Assembly: GCA_964602975.1 (NCBI GenBank)
Contig: CAZRTH010000001.1
Location: 5,385 to 69,384 of the forward strand
Direction: 5' to 3'
DNA from: an uncultured Candidatus Saccharibacteria bacterium
GTDB lineage: Bacteria; Patescibacteriota; Minisyncoccia; Phycocordibacterales; JBBTRF01
Length of the DNA: 64,000 nt
In this document: one piece after another, positions 18,600 through 28,302 of the stretch
Numbering within the stretch: the first letter of the stretch is position 1
How the letters are laid out: each line of letters starts with the position of its first letter
The notes under the pieces: generated by a model
Database searches by the model: none
Told to the model about the DNA's origin: nothing
What the model saw: only the letters and a program-made list of their open reading frames with translations
Made by a program: the position numbers and the translations under genes

Positions 18600-19386
18600 T
18601 CTCGGTACCGGCCGCCGTTTTCAGCCCAGTGCCAAACGGCTGTTCGCGATCGTTCTGATCTTTGTTGCCGTTGTCGGATTGTCTTCCGGACTGACAGCCA
18701 CGCCTTTCAAGGAAATATTGTATTTGATAGCCAAGCCGTTCTGGTATCTTCAGGGATATGCGACCGAGACCGCATCTTCTGCTGTCACCAATCTCCGATC
18801 GAAGGGCGATTTGATCAACGAGAACGCGCAGCTGAACGAAAGAGTCCAAGCTCAGGAGGTCGATATCGCTCTGAATCGCCAATTGCAGGCGGAGAATGAC
18901 GAATTGAAGCTCGCCTTCGGACGGACGAACCAACGAGACCTTTTGTTGGCGGCAGTACTGAGCGCTCCGGGTATTTCCGCGTACGACACCAGCGTGATCG
19001 ATGTTGGGGAGAATATGGGTATCAAGCAGAACGCTCTCGTCTATTTTTCTTCTACGACGATCGCTGGCTATGTCGCTGAAGTGTATCGCTCGACGGCTTT
19101 GGTTCGCCTGTACTCCAACCCCGAAGAAGAGGTGAATGTGTACGGCGGCAAAAAGCGATTCTTCACCAAAGCGGTAGGGCAGGGCGGCGGCAACTTCACC
19201 GTGAAGTTGCCGCAAGATAGCGGCATCCAGGAGGGCGACGCGGTGATGGTGCCCGGAACGCCGGTGATGCTTCTTGGCACTGTTGGGACGATCGAAACCG
19301 ATGTCGCGAAATCCTTGCAGGTCGCGCGGCTGAGGAGTCCGTACAACGCTTCGCAAACTCATTTTTTGTATGTTCAAAGGAACTAG
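18571..19386 (+). CDS. mreC: rod shape-determining protein MreC
   Basis: N-terminal TM, coiled-coil ENAQLNERVQAQEV...QLQAENDELK, C-terminal beta domain; position after mreB. Confidence 0.8.
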   Translation: MKMNSLRKTNLGTGRRFQPSAKRLFAIVLIFVAVVGLSSGLTATPFKEILYLIAKPFWYLQGYATETASSAVTNLRSKGDLINENAQLNERVQAQEVDIALNRQLQAENDELKLAFGRTNQRDLLLAAVLSAPGISAYDTSVIDVGENMGIKQNALVYFSSTTIAGYVAEVYRSTALVRLYSNPEEEVNVYGGKKRFFTKAVGQGGGNFTVKLPQDSGIQEGDAVMVPGTPVMLLGTVGTIETDVAKSLQVARLRSPYNASQTHFLYVQRN

Positions 19387-19666
19387 AGAGCATGCCGCGG
19401 AAGCGCGCCGCGAGCTGCGGCGGCGAGCGGCGGTCGACATCCTGATCTTGGCGGCAGCGTTTTGGCCGCCGTGGTGGGTCGCGATCGCCTGTGGCGCTGC
19501 CGCCTTCTTCTTTTTCAACGACTACGCCGAGCTACTGCTCTGGGGTCTGGTGATCGATACTCTGTACGCTCCGCACCAGACGTTCGCTTTCGCTTCCTAT
19601 CAATACTTCGGTGTCTGTATCGCACTTTTCCTCGCATTTTCGATCATAAAGAGGCAATTGCGATGA
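19370..19666 (+). CDS. small membrane protein, MreD-like by position
   Basis: 98 aa, two or three TM segments, directly after mreC and before PBP2; no sequence-level proof. Confidence 0.4.
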   Translation: MFKGTREHAAEARRELRRRAAVDILILAAAFWPPWWVAIACGAAAFFFFNDYAELLLWGLVIDTLYAPHQTFAFASYQYFGVCIALFLAFSIIKRQLR

Positions 19667-19787
19667 CTGGACCGAATGATACAATGTCTCCATGCTGAGA
19701 TTTTCGATCAAGCAGCGCCGACTTTCGCGCCGCATTTCCCAAGGACGGGAGGTGTTTCCCGATGAGATCTTTTTGGATTCAAAGAAT

Positions 19788-21416
19788 ATGTCCGAATTGG
19801 ACACTCAACAATTCGAAGGTCGCATTGAGCACCCGATCCCCACGACAACCCTGATCCTCGTCGCGGTCTTTTTCGCGCTGTTCGGTATCGCCTATACCGC
19901 GCGCGCTTACTATTTGCAGATCTCTCAAGGCGATGCTTATTTGGCAAAAAGCGAGAACAATCGTTTGCAGAAGACGACAGTGTTCGCCGAACGTGGAGCG
20001 ATCACCGACCGAAACGACGTGCCTTTGGTATGGAACGCTCCCAATCCGGAGAACAACGATTTCGCCCTGCGCAAATACATTGCTTCGCCTGCCTTTTCGC
20101 ATCTGCTCGGCTACGTGAAGTATCCGTCTAAAGACGCCGGTGGCTACTACTATTCAAAGCGTTATGATGCCAAAGACGGCATTGAAGCATATTACGATGA
20201 CCTTCTTTCCGGCACCAATGGCGTGAAGCTGAGCGAGACGGACGCACTCGGAAAGGTGCAATCGGAAAATGTCATCCAACCGCCGAAATCCGGCCTACCG
20301 CTGACGCTTTCCATCGACGCTGACATCCAAGAGGAAATGTATCAAGCGGTGAAATCGGTGGTAGAGACCGCCGATTACAAAGGAGGCGCGGCGGGCATGA
20401 TCGACATCAAGACTGGGGAGATCATCGCGGTCACTAACTATCCTTCGTATAGCAGCAACATTCTCACGGACGGAAGCGACGTACGAAAAATCACTGCGCT
20501 CTTCAAGGATCCGGATAATCCATTCCTCGACCGGTTCGTCGATGGTCTCTACGCGCCGGGATCGACAGTGAAGCCGTTCCTTGCCATTGCCGCTCTCCAA
20601 GAAAAGGTGATCGATCCGTCCACTCAGATATTGAGCACAGGGTCGATCTCTTTGCAGAATATCTACGACTCCACACAGCAAACCGTATTCAGAGACTGGC
20701 GGGCCAATGGCTGGACCGATATGCGCATGGCGATCGCTGTCTCTTCCGATGTCTATTTTTACGAAGTGGGCGGCGGATACAAGGAGCAGAAAGGTCTTGG
20801 TATTTCAAATATCGAAAAATACATGCGGTTGTTTGGTTTCGGCGAGTCTGTGCAAGCCGGTTCCTTGTCTAGCAAGAAGGGCGTCGTCCCAAACCCTGAA
20901 TGGAAGCGGGAGAATTTCGGCGAAGATGAGGTCTGGACCATCGGCGATACGTATCATACCGCGATTGGTCAATACGGAACTCTGGTAGCGCCGATCCAAA
21001 TGCTTGTCGGCATCGCGACCATCGCAAACGACGGCATTGTGCCGAATGTCACGCTGCTGAAAGATGGCACTTCCGGCAACAATACATTCAAGCGGCTGAA
21101 TATTTCTCCGGAAGCATTCCGCATCGCCAAAGAAGGTATGCGCATGACCGTAACTGTCGGAACGGCGACCTCGCTCGACCTACCGGGCATTCAAGTAGCA
21201 GGGAAGACTGGTAGTGCCGAGATCGGCACGCTCAAGAAATTCACCAACTCTTGGTTCACAGGATATTTTCCGTACAAAGATCCTCGCTATGCCTTTGTAT
21301 TCGTGATGGAGAAGGGCCCGCGCACCAACACGGTGGGCGCCACTTCGGCAGCGTATCACTTCCTCCGTTGGCTCTCTGATACCCGTCCGGAGATCGCTGC
21401 TTTGACTTCTCAGTAG
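19788..21416 (+). CDS. mrdA: penicillin-binding protein 2 (elongasome transpeptidase)
   Basis: SxxK (GSTVKPF), SxD/N (SSDVYFY) and KTG (KTGSAE) motifs; N-terminal TM. Start set at the internal ATG 19788; the upstream in-frame extension is doubtful. Confidence 0.85.
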   Translation: MSELDTQQFEGRIEHPIPTTTLILVAVFFALFGIAYTARAYYLQISQGDAYLAKSENNRLQKTTVFAERGAITDRNDVPLVWNAPNPENNDFALRKYIASPAFSHLLGYVKYPSKDAGGYYYSKRYDAKDGIEAYYDDLLSGTNGVKLSETDALGKVQSENVIQPPKSGLPLTLSIDADIQEEMYQAVKSVVETADYKGGAAGMIDIKTGEIIAVTNYPSYSSNILTDGSDVRKITALFKDPDNPFLDRFVDGLYAPGSTVKPFLAIAALQEKVIDPSTQILSTGSISLQNIYDSTQQTVFRDWRANGWTDMRMAIAVSSDVYFYEVGGGYKEQKGLGISNIEKYMRLFGFGESVQAGSLSSKKGVVPNPEWKRENFGEDEVWTIGDTYHTAIGQYGTLVAPIQMLVGIATIANDGIVPNVTLLKDGTSGNNTFKRLNISPEAFRIAKEGMRMTVTVGTATSLDLPGIQVAGKTGSAEIGTLKKFTNSWFTGYFPYKDPRYAFVFVMEKGPRTNTVGATSAAYHFLRWLSDTRPEIAALTSQ

Positions 21417-21456
21417 GAAAAGCGTAAGATTGTGACACTATTTATTTTTTCACCAC

Positions 21457-21924
21457 ATGACCGACCAAAAAGAATACCTGACGAAAGAGCGGTATGACGA
21501 GCTGGTAAAGGAGCTGGACAATCTCAAGAAGATCAAGCGCAAGGAGGTGGCTGAAGATCTCGAGTACGCGAAGGCGCTCGGAGATCTCTCGGAAAACGCC
21601 GAATATCACGAAGCTCGAGACAATCAGGCTGCGACTGAAGACCGAATCAACCGTCTCGAAAATATCCTCACTCACGCGGAGATCATCGAATTGCATCACA
21701 CCGAAGCGGTGGGCATTGGTTCTACGGTGACCGTCCAGCAGGAAGGCGCGAAGGGCGCGCATAAGTTCGAAGTTGTCGGTTCAGAGGAGGCGAATATTAA
21801 TTTAGGCAAGATCTCCCTGCACTCCCCGATCGGTGAAGCAATGTTGGGCAAGAAGAAGGGCGAATCTTTCTCATTCCTTTCTCCGAAAGGCAAAATGACC
21901 TACAAGATCGTAGACATCGCGTAA
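21457..21924 (+). CDS. greA: transcription elongation factor GreA
   Basis: 155 aa; acidic coiled-coil tip DLSENAEYHEARD plus FKBP-like C-domain. Confidence 0.9.
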   Translation: MTDQKEYLTKERYDELVKELDNLKKIKRKEVAEDLEYAKALGDLSENAEYHEARDNQAATEDRINRLENILTHAEIIELHHTEAVGIGSTVTVQQEGAKGAHKFEVVGSEEANINLGKISLHSPIGEAMLGKKKGESFSFLSPKGKMTYKIVDIA

Positions 21925-21947
21925 GCAGTTCGTGGTACAATTTCCCA

Positions 21948-23429
21948 ATGGCATCTCTCGAAGAACTTCGCACAACTCGCATTCAGAAGATCGATCTGCT
22001 CAAAAAAGCGGGCATGGATCCGTATCCGAGCAAGGTTCCTCGAGACATCTCGCTCGCTGAGGCAAAAGCACAATTTGTAGAAGGGAAGGCTCTCTCGCTT
22101 TCCGGACGCATCATGGCTATCCGCGGCCAGGGCGCGATATTGTTTGCCGTACTTGACGATGGCACCGGCAAGTTCCAGGCAGTTTTCAAGAAAGATGTTC
22201 TTTCACCAGAACTTTTCGTGCTTTTTGTAGCGGCGATCGACATTGGCGACATCATTAGCGTGACCGGCACTTTGTTTACTACGCAACGCGGCGAGCAGAG
22301 CCTGCTTGTCTCATTGTGGACGATCGCTACCAAGGCTCTTCAGCCGCTGCCAGAGAAATGGCATGGCATTCAGGATGCCGATGAGCGCTACCGCAAGCGA
22401 TATCTCGACTTTGTCATGAATCCGGCGCTCCGCGAGCTTTTTTATAAAAAGGCAAAGTTCTGGGAGGTCACTCGACGCATGCTCAAGGAGCAGGGGTTTA
22501 TCGAAGTGGAGACACCAACCCTCGAAATCACCACCGGCGGTGCAGAAGCAACTCCGTTTCAAACTCATCACAACGATTTTGATCTACCGGTTTTTTTGCG
22601 CATTTCGGTAGGGGAGTTGTGGCAGAAGCGCCTTATGGCTGCCGGCTTCCCGCGCACCTTCGAGATCGGCCGCGTCTACCGCAATGAAGGCTCTAGCCCC
22701 GACCATCTCCAGGAGTTCACTAACATGGAGTTCTACGCCGCATATATGGATTTTGAGGAAGGTGTGGCTCTCAGCGAGAAAATGATCAAGACCTTGGCTC
22801 AGGAGACCTTCGGAACGCATTCTTTTGAATCACGCGGCCACAAGTTTGATCTTTCGGGTGAATGGCCTCGCATCGACTATGTTGAGACCGTGAGGAAAAT
22901 GACCGGCGTTGATGTACTCAAGGCCAGTGAAAAAGAAATGACTGCTGCGCTCGACAAGCTCAAGGTCAAGTATGATGGCACCAATCGTGAGCGTCTCACC
23001 GACACTCTCTGGAAATTCTGCCGCAAGCAGATCAGCGGTCCAGCCTGGCTCGTCAATCATCCTAAGTTGGTATCAGCACTCGCAAAGACCAACCCTGCCA
23101 ATCCTGAGGTCACTTTGAGGGCCCAGCTAATCCTCGCTGGCGCCGAAGTCTCTAACGGCTATTCAGAACTAAATGACGCGATCGACCAGAAAGCTCGTTT
23201 CGAGGAGCAGCGAAAGCTCATCGCTAGTGGTGACACCGAAGCCATGATGCCTGATGATGAGTTTGTTGAGATGCTCGAGCACGGCATGCCGCCGACATTC
23301 AGTGTTGGATTCGGCGAACGACTCTTCGCATTCCTAGCTGGCGAGCCAGCACGCGAAACTCAGCTGTTCCCGTTAATGAAACCGAAAGGCGCAAAAAGCG
23401 AATCGAAGAGCAAAACAGAAAACAAGTAG
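21948..23429 (+). CDS. lysS: lysyl-tRNA synthetase (class II)
   Basis: 493 aa; OB-fold N-domain and class II core motifs. Confidence 0.9.
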   Translation: MASLEELRTTRIQKIDLLKKAGMDPYPSKVPRDISLAEAKAQFVEGKALSLSGRIMAIRGQGAILFAVLDDGTGKFQAVFKKDVLSPELFVLFVAAIDIGDIISVTGTLFTTQRGEQSLLVSLWTIATKALQPLPEKWHGIQDADERYRKRYLDFVMNPALRELFYKKAKFWEVTRRMLKEQGFIEVETPTLEITTGGAEATPFQTHHNDFDLPVFLRISVGELWQKRLMAAGFPRTFEIGRVYRNEGSSPDHLQEFTNMEFYAAYMDFEEGVALSEKMIKTLAQETFGTHSFESRGHKFDLSGEWPRIDYVETVRKMTGVDVLKASEKEMTAALDKLKVKYDGTNRERLTDTLWKFCRKQISGPAWLVNHPKLVSALAKTNPANPEVTLRAQLILAGAEVSNGYSELNDAIDQKARFEEQRKLIASGDTEAMMPDDEFVEMLEHGMPPTFSVGFGERLFAFLAGEPARETQLFPLMKPKGAKSESKSKTENK

Positions 23430-23527
23430 GTTTTGAGGAATCTCTGCGCAGGGCTAGGCCCGAGCAGGAGGGAAAAATCTAGCAAGATTTTATCCCGTGT
23501 TCCGAACAAACCTACTTGTTTTCTGTT
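23414..23527. repeat. 20-bp inverted repeat (aacagaaaacaagtaggttt at 23414..23433 and its reverse complement at 23508..23527)
   Basis: Perfect 20-bp arms enclosing 74 bp; the arms cover the last codons and stop of both lysS and the convergent yciB-like gene. Confidence 0.8.
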
Positions 23528-24090
23528 CTTCGTAACCCCCACGGCGAAGCATCCGGTAGCCGCTCCTTTTTCGAAAGAGTGAATTGATAGAATGAAAAGA
23601 TGATCGTAACGACGGTGGCAATCTCCTTGTACTCCACCCAGCCCGAGGTGGAGAGGTTGATACGTGCAAACTCATTTGTCACTGCCAAAAGAGTGAAGAG
23701 GATCGCCCAGCGCCAGGAAAAGATGCGCCAGCCCCGGTCACTCATGGCGACGAGCTTGTGGAAAAGCGGCTTCATCCAACCCTTGCCACGAGCCAGGCCG
23801 ATGAACAACACAATCGCAAAAGCGGCATTGTACAAGGTGTCTTTGATGATCAAAAAGAACGGACTATTGAAAATGAGGGTGAGTACACCAAAAATGATGA
23901 TGGAACCGCCAGCGATGAGGGGAAACCAGGCAATTCGCCTCTGCTCATACAGGCCGACAACGAGCGAAATAACCGTCAATACGACGAAAATGAGAGTCGC
24001 TTTGAGAAAGCTCACCCTTTCCGCTATGAGAAAGAAGGCAACGATGGGGCCGAATTCCACCCCGATACCGACCACCAATTTGCGTACCAT
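23512..24090 (-). CDS. YciB/IspZ-like inner-membrane septation protein (tentative)
   Basis: 192 aa, about 5 TM segments, basic loops; architecture resembles YciB. Confidence 0.45.
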   Translation of the reverse strand: MVRKLVVGIGVEFGPIVAFFLIAERVSFLKATLIFVVLTVISLVVGLYEQRRIAWFPLIAGGSIIIFGVLTLIFNSPFFLIIKDTLYNAAFAIVLFIGLARGKGWMKPLFHKLVAMSDRGWRIFSWRWAILFTLLAVTNEFARINLSTSGWVEYKEIATVVTIIFSFYQFTLSKKERLPDASPWGLRRTENK

Positions 24091-24117
24091 ATAGCCGACA
24101 GTATACCAGAAAATCGT

Positions 24118-24651
24118 CTAACGGGCTGTGTACGAGGTTTCTACTGGAAAACCCGGAGGGAGAGCGACAGTTTGCCCTGTTTTGATGCCGTGCTTTTTTA
24201 TGAAGCCGGCATTTACCTCGATCACATATTGGATAGGAACGGGTGGTTTGTAATAGTGCGGATGCTTCAGATCGGTCTCCGGCATCATGGATTCTTCCGT
24301 ACCGACAATCTTGCCCGCGCTGTCTATCCAGAGAAGGTCAATGGGAAAGTTCATGTCTGGCATCCAGAAGGCATATATATCAGGAACAGGGAACGCGAAC
24401 AGCATTCCCTGTTTTGTTGGCAACCGAATACGGCCAGAAAGGCCGCTTCTGAGCGCGTTTGGGGTATCGGCGACTTCTACTGAAATGGTCAAATTGCCGA
24501 TTTCCACGGACGAAAGGTTCGGATGCTCATGAATATCGCTCGAAACCTGATGAATGAGGGCAAAACCAGCCGAAATACTGACTAAAATAGCAATAGAGGC
24601 GAATATCACTGCCCTTGGAATAAAGGCCTTTCTTGAATGTTCCATACGCAT
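24118..24651 (-). CDS. DUF192 (COG1430) family protein
   Basis: Signal-anchor then MPDMNFPIDLLWIDSAGKIVG resembling the DUF192 core; start at internal Met. Confidence 0.55.
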   Translation of the reverse strand: MRMEHSRKAFIPRAVIFASIAILVSISAGFALIHQVSSDIHEHPNLSSVEIGNLTISVEVADTPNALRSGLSGRIRLPTKQGMLFAFPVPDIYAFWMPDMNFPIDLLWIDSAGKIVGTEESMMPETDLKHPHYYKPPVPIQYVIEVNAGFIKKHGIKTGQTVALPPGFPVETSYTAR

Positions 24652-24899
24652 ACAAGTATGGCACATTGGCCGGAGGTGATTCGAGTCGGCTCTGTGGATA
24701 ACTTTGTTGTATAGTGGGATGAAGTGGTATAAAATGTTATCTAAGTGGGAAAAAGTGGTAAATAAATAAAAAAACATGAAACTCACCAAAAAAATCTTCG
24801 TCGTTCGATCGGGTCAGAGTTCGTACGCTTTCCTCTCAGCCACACTCGAAGTCACACCCCAAGAAAAGGTCGTAGTCAGAAAATAATTTTGCATCGTCT

Positions 24900-25334
24900 A
24901 TGTTTATCGGGCAATACACGCACACCATAGACGACAAAAACAGGCTCTCTTTGCCTGTGAAGTTTCGAAAGGAGATGGGGAAGCGGGTGATCATCACTCC
25001 CGGTCTCGATGGCTGCCTCTTCGTGTTCACGCCCACTCAGTGGCAGAACATTTCTGAAAAGCTTGGAGGTTCGTCTATGCTTCAGGCGGATACGCGAAGC
25101 TTCAATCGATACATGCTCGGCGGCGCGGTGGAGGCAGATGTGGACGCGATCGGTCGCGTGCTGGTGCCGGATTTTTTGAAAGAGAAAGCGCAACTGAAGA
25201 GGGAGGTCGTCCTCATCGGCGTGCAAAATCGTGTCGAGATCTGGAACGATCAGTTGTGGATCGAATACAAGGCTCGAGTCGAGAAGGAGGCGAATAATCT
25301 GGCCGAAAAGCTCGGTCAGATCGGTGTTTTATAA
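24900..25334 (+). CDS. mraZ: transcriptional regulator MraZ
   Basis: MFIGQYTHTIDDKNRLSLPVKFR; 144 aa; first gene of the dcw cluster. Confidence 0.9.
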   Translation: MFIGQYTHTIDDKNRLSLPVKFRKEMGKRVIITPGLDGCLFVFTPTQWQNISEKLGGSSMLQADTRSFNRYMLGGAVEADVDAIGRVLVPDFLKEKAQLKREVVLIGVQNRVEIWNDQLWIEYKARVEKEANNLAEKLGQIGVL

Positions 25335-25336
25335 AT

Positions 25337-26230
25337 ATGACCACCACTACTCACAGATCTGTGCTGCTGAAGGAGTCGATCGATTCGCTCGCTCTTCGTG
25401 CTGGAGCAACTTTTGTGGATGCGACACTTGGAGGCGGCGGGCACAGCTCGGAAGTGATCGCTCGTTTTGGCGACACGGTGAAGATCGTCGCTATCGATCT
25501 CGACCAATCTGCTATCGATCGCGCGATGAGCCGACTAGAGAAGGGCTCGGTGCGTTTCTATTGCGGCAGCTTCAGAAATATCGATCAGGCATTGGCAGGT
25601 GAGAAAGCGGATGCTGAATTGTTTGATCTCGGCTGGAATGCGGACCAATTTGAGGCTTCAGGCCGCGGCTTTAGTTTTCAGAAAGACGAGCCGTTGAAAA
25701 TGACGTTCTCGCTTGCTGACATTTCCGCTATGCGTTTCACTGCACGCGACATCGTGAATAGTTGGGAGGAGCAGAACATCGCCGATATTATTTTTGCGTA
25801 TGGCGAGGAGCGATACTCGCGCCGCATCGCCCGCTGCATCGTGGAAGCTCGACAGCAGAAGCCGATCGAGACGACGTTTGAATTGGTGAACATTATCGGC
25901 CGTGCTGTGCCGTTCTTCTACAAGAAGGGCAAAATTCATTTTGCTACCAGGACATTCCAAGCGCTTCGCATCGCCGTGAACGACGAGCTTTCCGCGCTCA
26001 AAGAGGGTTTATGGAAAGGCTTCGATTCGCTTGCGCCCGGAGGCCGCATGGCAGTGATCTCCTTCCACAGTCTCGAGGATAGGATCGTGAAGCGATATTT
26101 CAAAGAAAAGGCGGAGCAGGGCGAGGCAGAGGTGATGACCAAAAAGCCGATCGTCCCCAGCGCCGAAGAACAGCAGGAGAATCGCCGATCGCGCAGCGCC
26201 AAACTCAGAGTATTAAAGAAAAACCTATGA
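25337..26230 (+). CDS. rsmH: 16S rRNA (cytosine1402-N4)-methyltransferase
   Basis: HRSVLLKESIDSL...FVDATLGGGGHS SAM-binding motif. Confidence 0.9.
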   Translation: MTTTTHRSVLLKESIDSLALRAGATFVDATLGGGGHSSEVIARFGDTVKIVAIDLDQSAIDRAMSRLEKGSVRFYCGSFRNIDQALAGEKADAELFDLGWNADQFEASGRGFSFQKDEPLKMTFSLADISAMRFTARDIVNSWEEQNIADIIFAYGEERYSRRIARCIVEARQQKPIETTFELVNIIGRAVPFFYKKGKIHFATRTFQALRIAVNDELSALKEGLWKGFDSLAPGGRMAVISFHSLEDRIVKRYFKEKAEQGEAEVMTKKPIVPSAEEQQENRRSRSAKLRVLKKNL

Positions 26231-26562
26231 ATGCCATCCTCTACCACACCAACGAACTCAGCAAGAACGAACTCTTCATCCAGCGATGCTGCTTTGTGGT
26301 GATCGCGCTCATTCTCTGCTCGTTTCTATCATACGGATATTTGATCAATGCTACCATCGGCAATGTAGTAGCACGACAGCAGGCTCAATCCGCGATCGCT
26401 TCTCTCAGTGCTGAAATGGCAATGTTGGAGAGCGCGCATTTGGAGATCAAAAACAGCATCAACCCTGCGTTCGCCGCGGAGCTTGGCTTTGTGGAGGTGG
26501 CTGAACCTCATTTTGTGCCGTATAATCAGTCCCAAAGCCTGTCTCTCAACGCTTCTCGATAG
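26227..26562 (+). CDS. FtsL-like cell division protein (by position)
   Basis: 111 aa, single TM plus coiled coil, between rsmH and ftsI. Confidence 0.5.
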   Translation: MNAILYHTNELSKNELFIQRCCFVVIALILCSFLSYGYLINATIGNVVARQQAQSAIASLSAEMAMLESAHLEIKNSINPAFAAELGFVEVAEPHFVPYNQSQSLSLNASR

Positions 26563-26592
26563 AGATCCTGTCGGAATAGGCGATTACAACAC

Positions 26593-28299
26593 ATGAAGGA
26601 ACACCCGTGGAGAATTCGCAGCATCGCCATCGTGGTTCTCTGCGTTGCTTTTGTCTTGATCGGGAGGCTGTATATGGTACAAGTCGTGCGTGGCGCTACC
26701 TATTCCGACCGAGCAGACAGGCAGTACGTGCGGCCGAGCCAGCATTTGTTTGATCGCGGCGCCGTGTACTTCCGCAACAAAGACGGTAGCCTGTACGGCG
26801 CCGCGACGGTGAACGCCGGCTTCACCCTAGTGATCGATCCTACAAAGATCGAATCGCCAACAGCTGCGTATACCCAGCTGCAGCCCTTCATTTCAGTGGA
26901 CCGCGATACCTTCATGGCGAAGGCCGCGAAGAAGGACCAATATGAGGAGATCGCCAAGCGAATCGAAAAAGAAAAGGGCGTGCAGATCAGCGCGCTCAAG
27001 ATCCCTGGCGTCAGCCTCGTTCGGGATCAGTGGCGCATGTATCCGGGCGGAGCGCTCGCGGCGCAGACTGTCGGCTTCGTTGGGTACAATGGCGACGTAC
27101 TGGACGGCCGCTATGGCCTCGAGCGTTTCTACCAAGAAACCCTGCGCCGCGACTCCGACAGAGCGTACGTAAACTTTTTCGCCGAAGTATTTGCCGACCT
27201 GGGCAAGGTCGTTGACAAAAAAGAGGATCTGGAAGGCGATTTGGTGACCACTATCGAGCCGAGCGTACAAATGCGTCTTGAACAAGTGTTGGCAGGAGTG
27301 CAGAAGAAATGGTCTTCCGACCTATCCGGTGGCATCATCATGGATCCGAAAACAGGAGAGATCTACGCCATGGGCGCTTTGCCGACATTCGACCTAAACC
27401 ATTTTCAAAAAGAAAAGGATGTCCGCGTCTTCAGCAACCCGCTCGTGGAGAATGTGTATGAAATGGGTTCCATTATCAAGCCGATCACTATGGCATCGGG
27501 TATTGATGCCGGTGCGGTGACGGCGAAGAGCACCTATGTCGATACAGGCTCGGTCACTGCCGACAGCAAGACTATTTACAATTCCGACAAGACACATCGC
27601 GGCCTGACAACAATGCAGGAGGTGTTGAATAAATCGCTAAACACTGGCGCCTCTTTTGTTGTGCAGAAGATGGGCAAGGAGGCTTTTAAGGAGTACCTCA
27701 TTCGCTTTGGTTTCGACGAAGAGACTGGCATCGACCTGCCCAACGAAGCCCGCGGCCTGCTGAAGACATTAGTGGAGAGTCCGCGAGATATTGAATCCTA
27801 CACCGCCTCTTTCGGCCAAGGCATCGCTCTTTCTCCGATCGCCACCGTTCGTGCCCTTTCCGCACTTGGTAATGGCGGCTATCTGCCGAATCCGCATGTC
27901 GTGAGGCAGATCAACTACAAGATCGGTGTCTCGAAAAAAATGACATACCCAGACGGGCGACACGTGTTGAAGCAGAGCACCTCGGAGGAGATCTCCCGCA
28001 TGCTGGTGGAGCTGGTAGATGTCGCCTTGCGCAATGGCACCATGAAGCTCGATCGGTACAGCGTGGCCGCAAAGACCGGAACCGCCCAGATCTCGCAGGG
28101 TGGCACGAAGGGCTACTATTCTGATCGCTATCTTCACTCCTTCTTTGGATATTTCCCAGCATACGATCCGCGCTTTATCGTATTTTTGTACACGGTGTAT
28201 CCGAAAGAGGTGAATTTCGCTTCCGAGACTCTCACCGAGCCATTCTTTGATTTAACAACATTTCTGCTACACTATTACGAAGTCCCGCCAGACCGATAG
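26593..28299 (+). CDS. ftsI: penicillin-binding protein (FtsI-type transpeptidase)
   Basis: SIIKP (SxxK), SLN (SxN), KTGTAQ (KTG) motifs; N-terminal TM. Confidence 0.85.
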   Translation: MKEHPWRIRSIAIVVLCVAFVLIGRLYMVQVVRGATYSDRADRQYVRPSQHLFDRGAVYFRNKDGSLYGAATVNAGFTLVIDPTKIESPTAAYTQLQPFISVDRDTFMAKAAKKDQYEEIAKRIEKEKGVQISALKIPGVSLVRDQWRMYPGGALAAQTVGFVGYNGDVLDGRYGLERFYQETLRRDSDRAYVNFFAEVFADLGKVVDKKEDLEGDLVTTIEPSVQMRLEQVLAGVQKKWSSDLSGGIIMDPKTGEIYAMGALPTFDLNHFQKEKDVRVFSNPLVENVYEMGSIIKPITMASGIDAGAVTAKSTYVDTGSVTADSKTIYNSDKTHRGLTTMQEVLNKSLNTGASFVVQKMGKEAFKEYLIRFGFDEETGIDLPNEARGLLKTLVESPRDIESYTASFGQGIALSPIATVRALSALGNGGYLPNPHVVRQINYKIGVSKKMTYPDGRHVLKQSTSEEISRMLVELVDVALRNGTMKLDRYSVAAKTGTAQISQGGTKGYYSDRYLHSFFGYFPAYDPRFIVFLYTVYPKEVNFASETLTEPFFDLTTFLLHYYEVPPDR

Positions 28300-28302
28300 C
28301 GT

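Noticed and set aside
18526-19518. 330-aa ORF on the minus strand
   Set aside because: Lies entirely antisense to mreB paralog 2 and mreC. Arg/Ala-rich composition typical of antisense frames; the sense genes have strong homology support.
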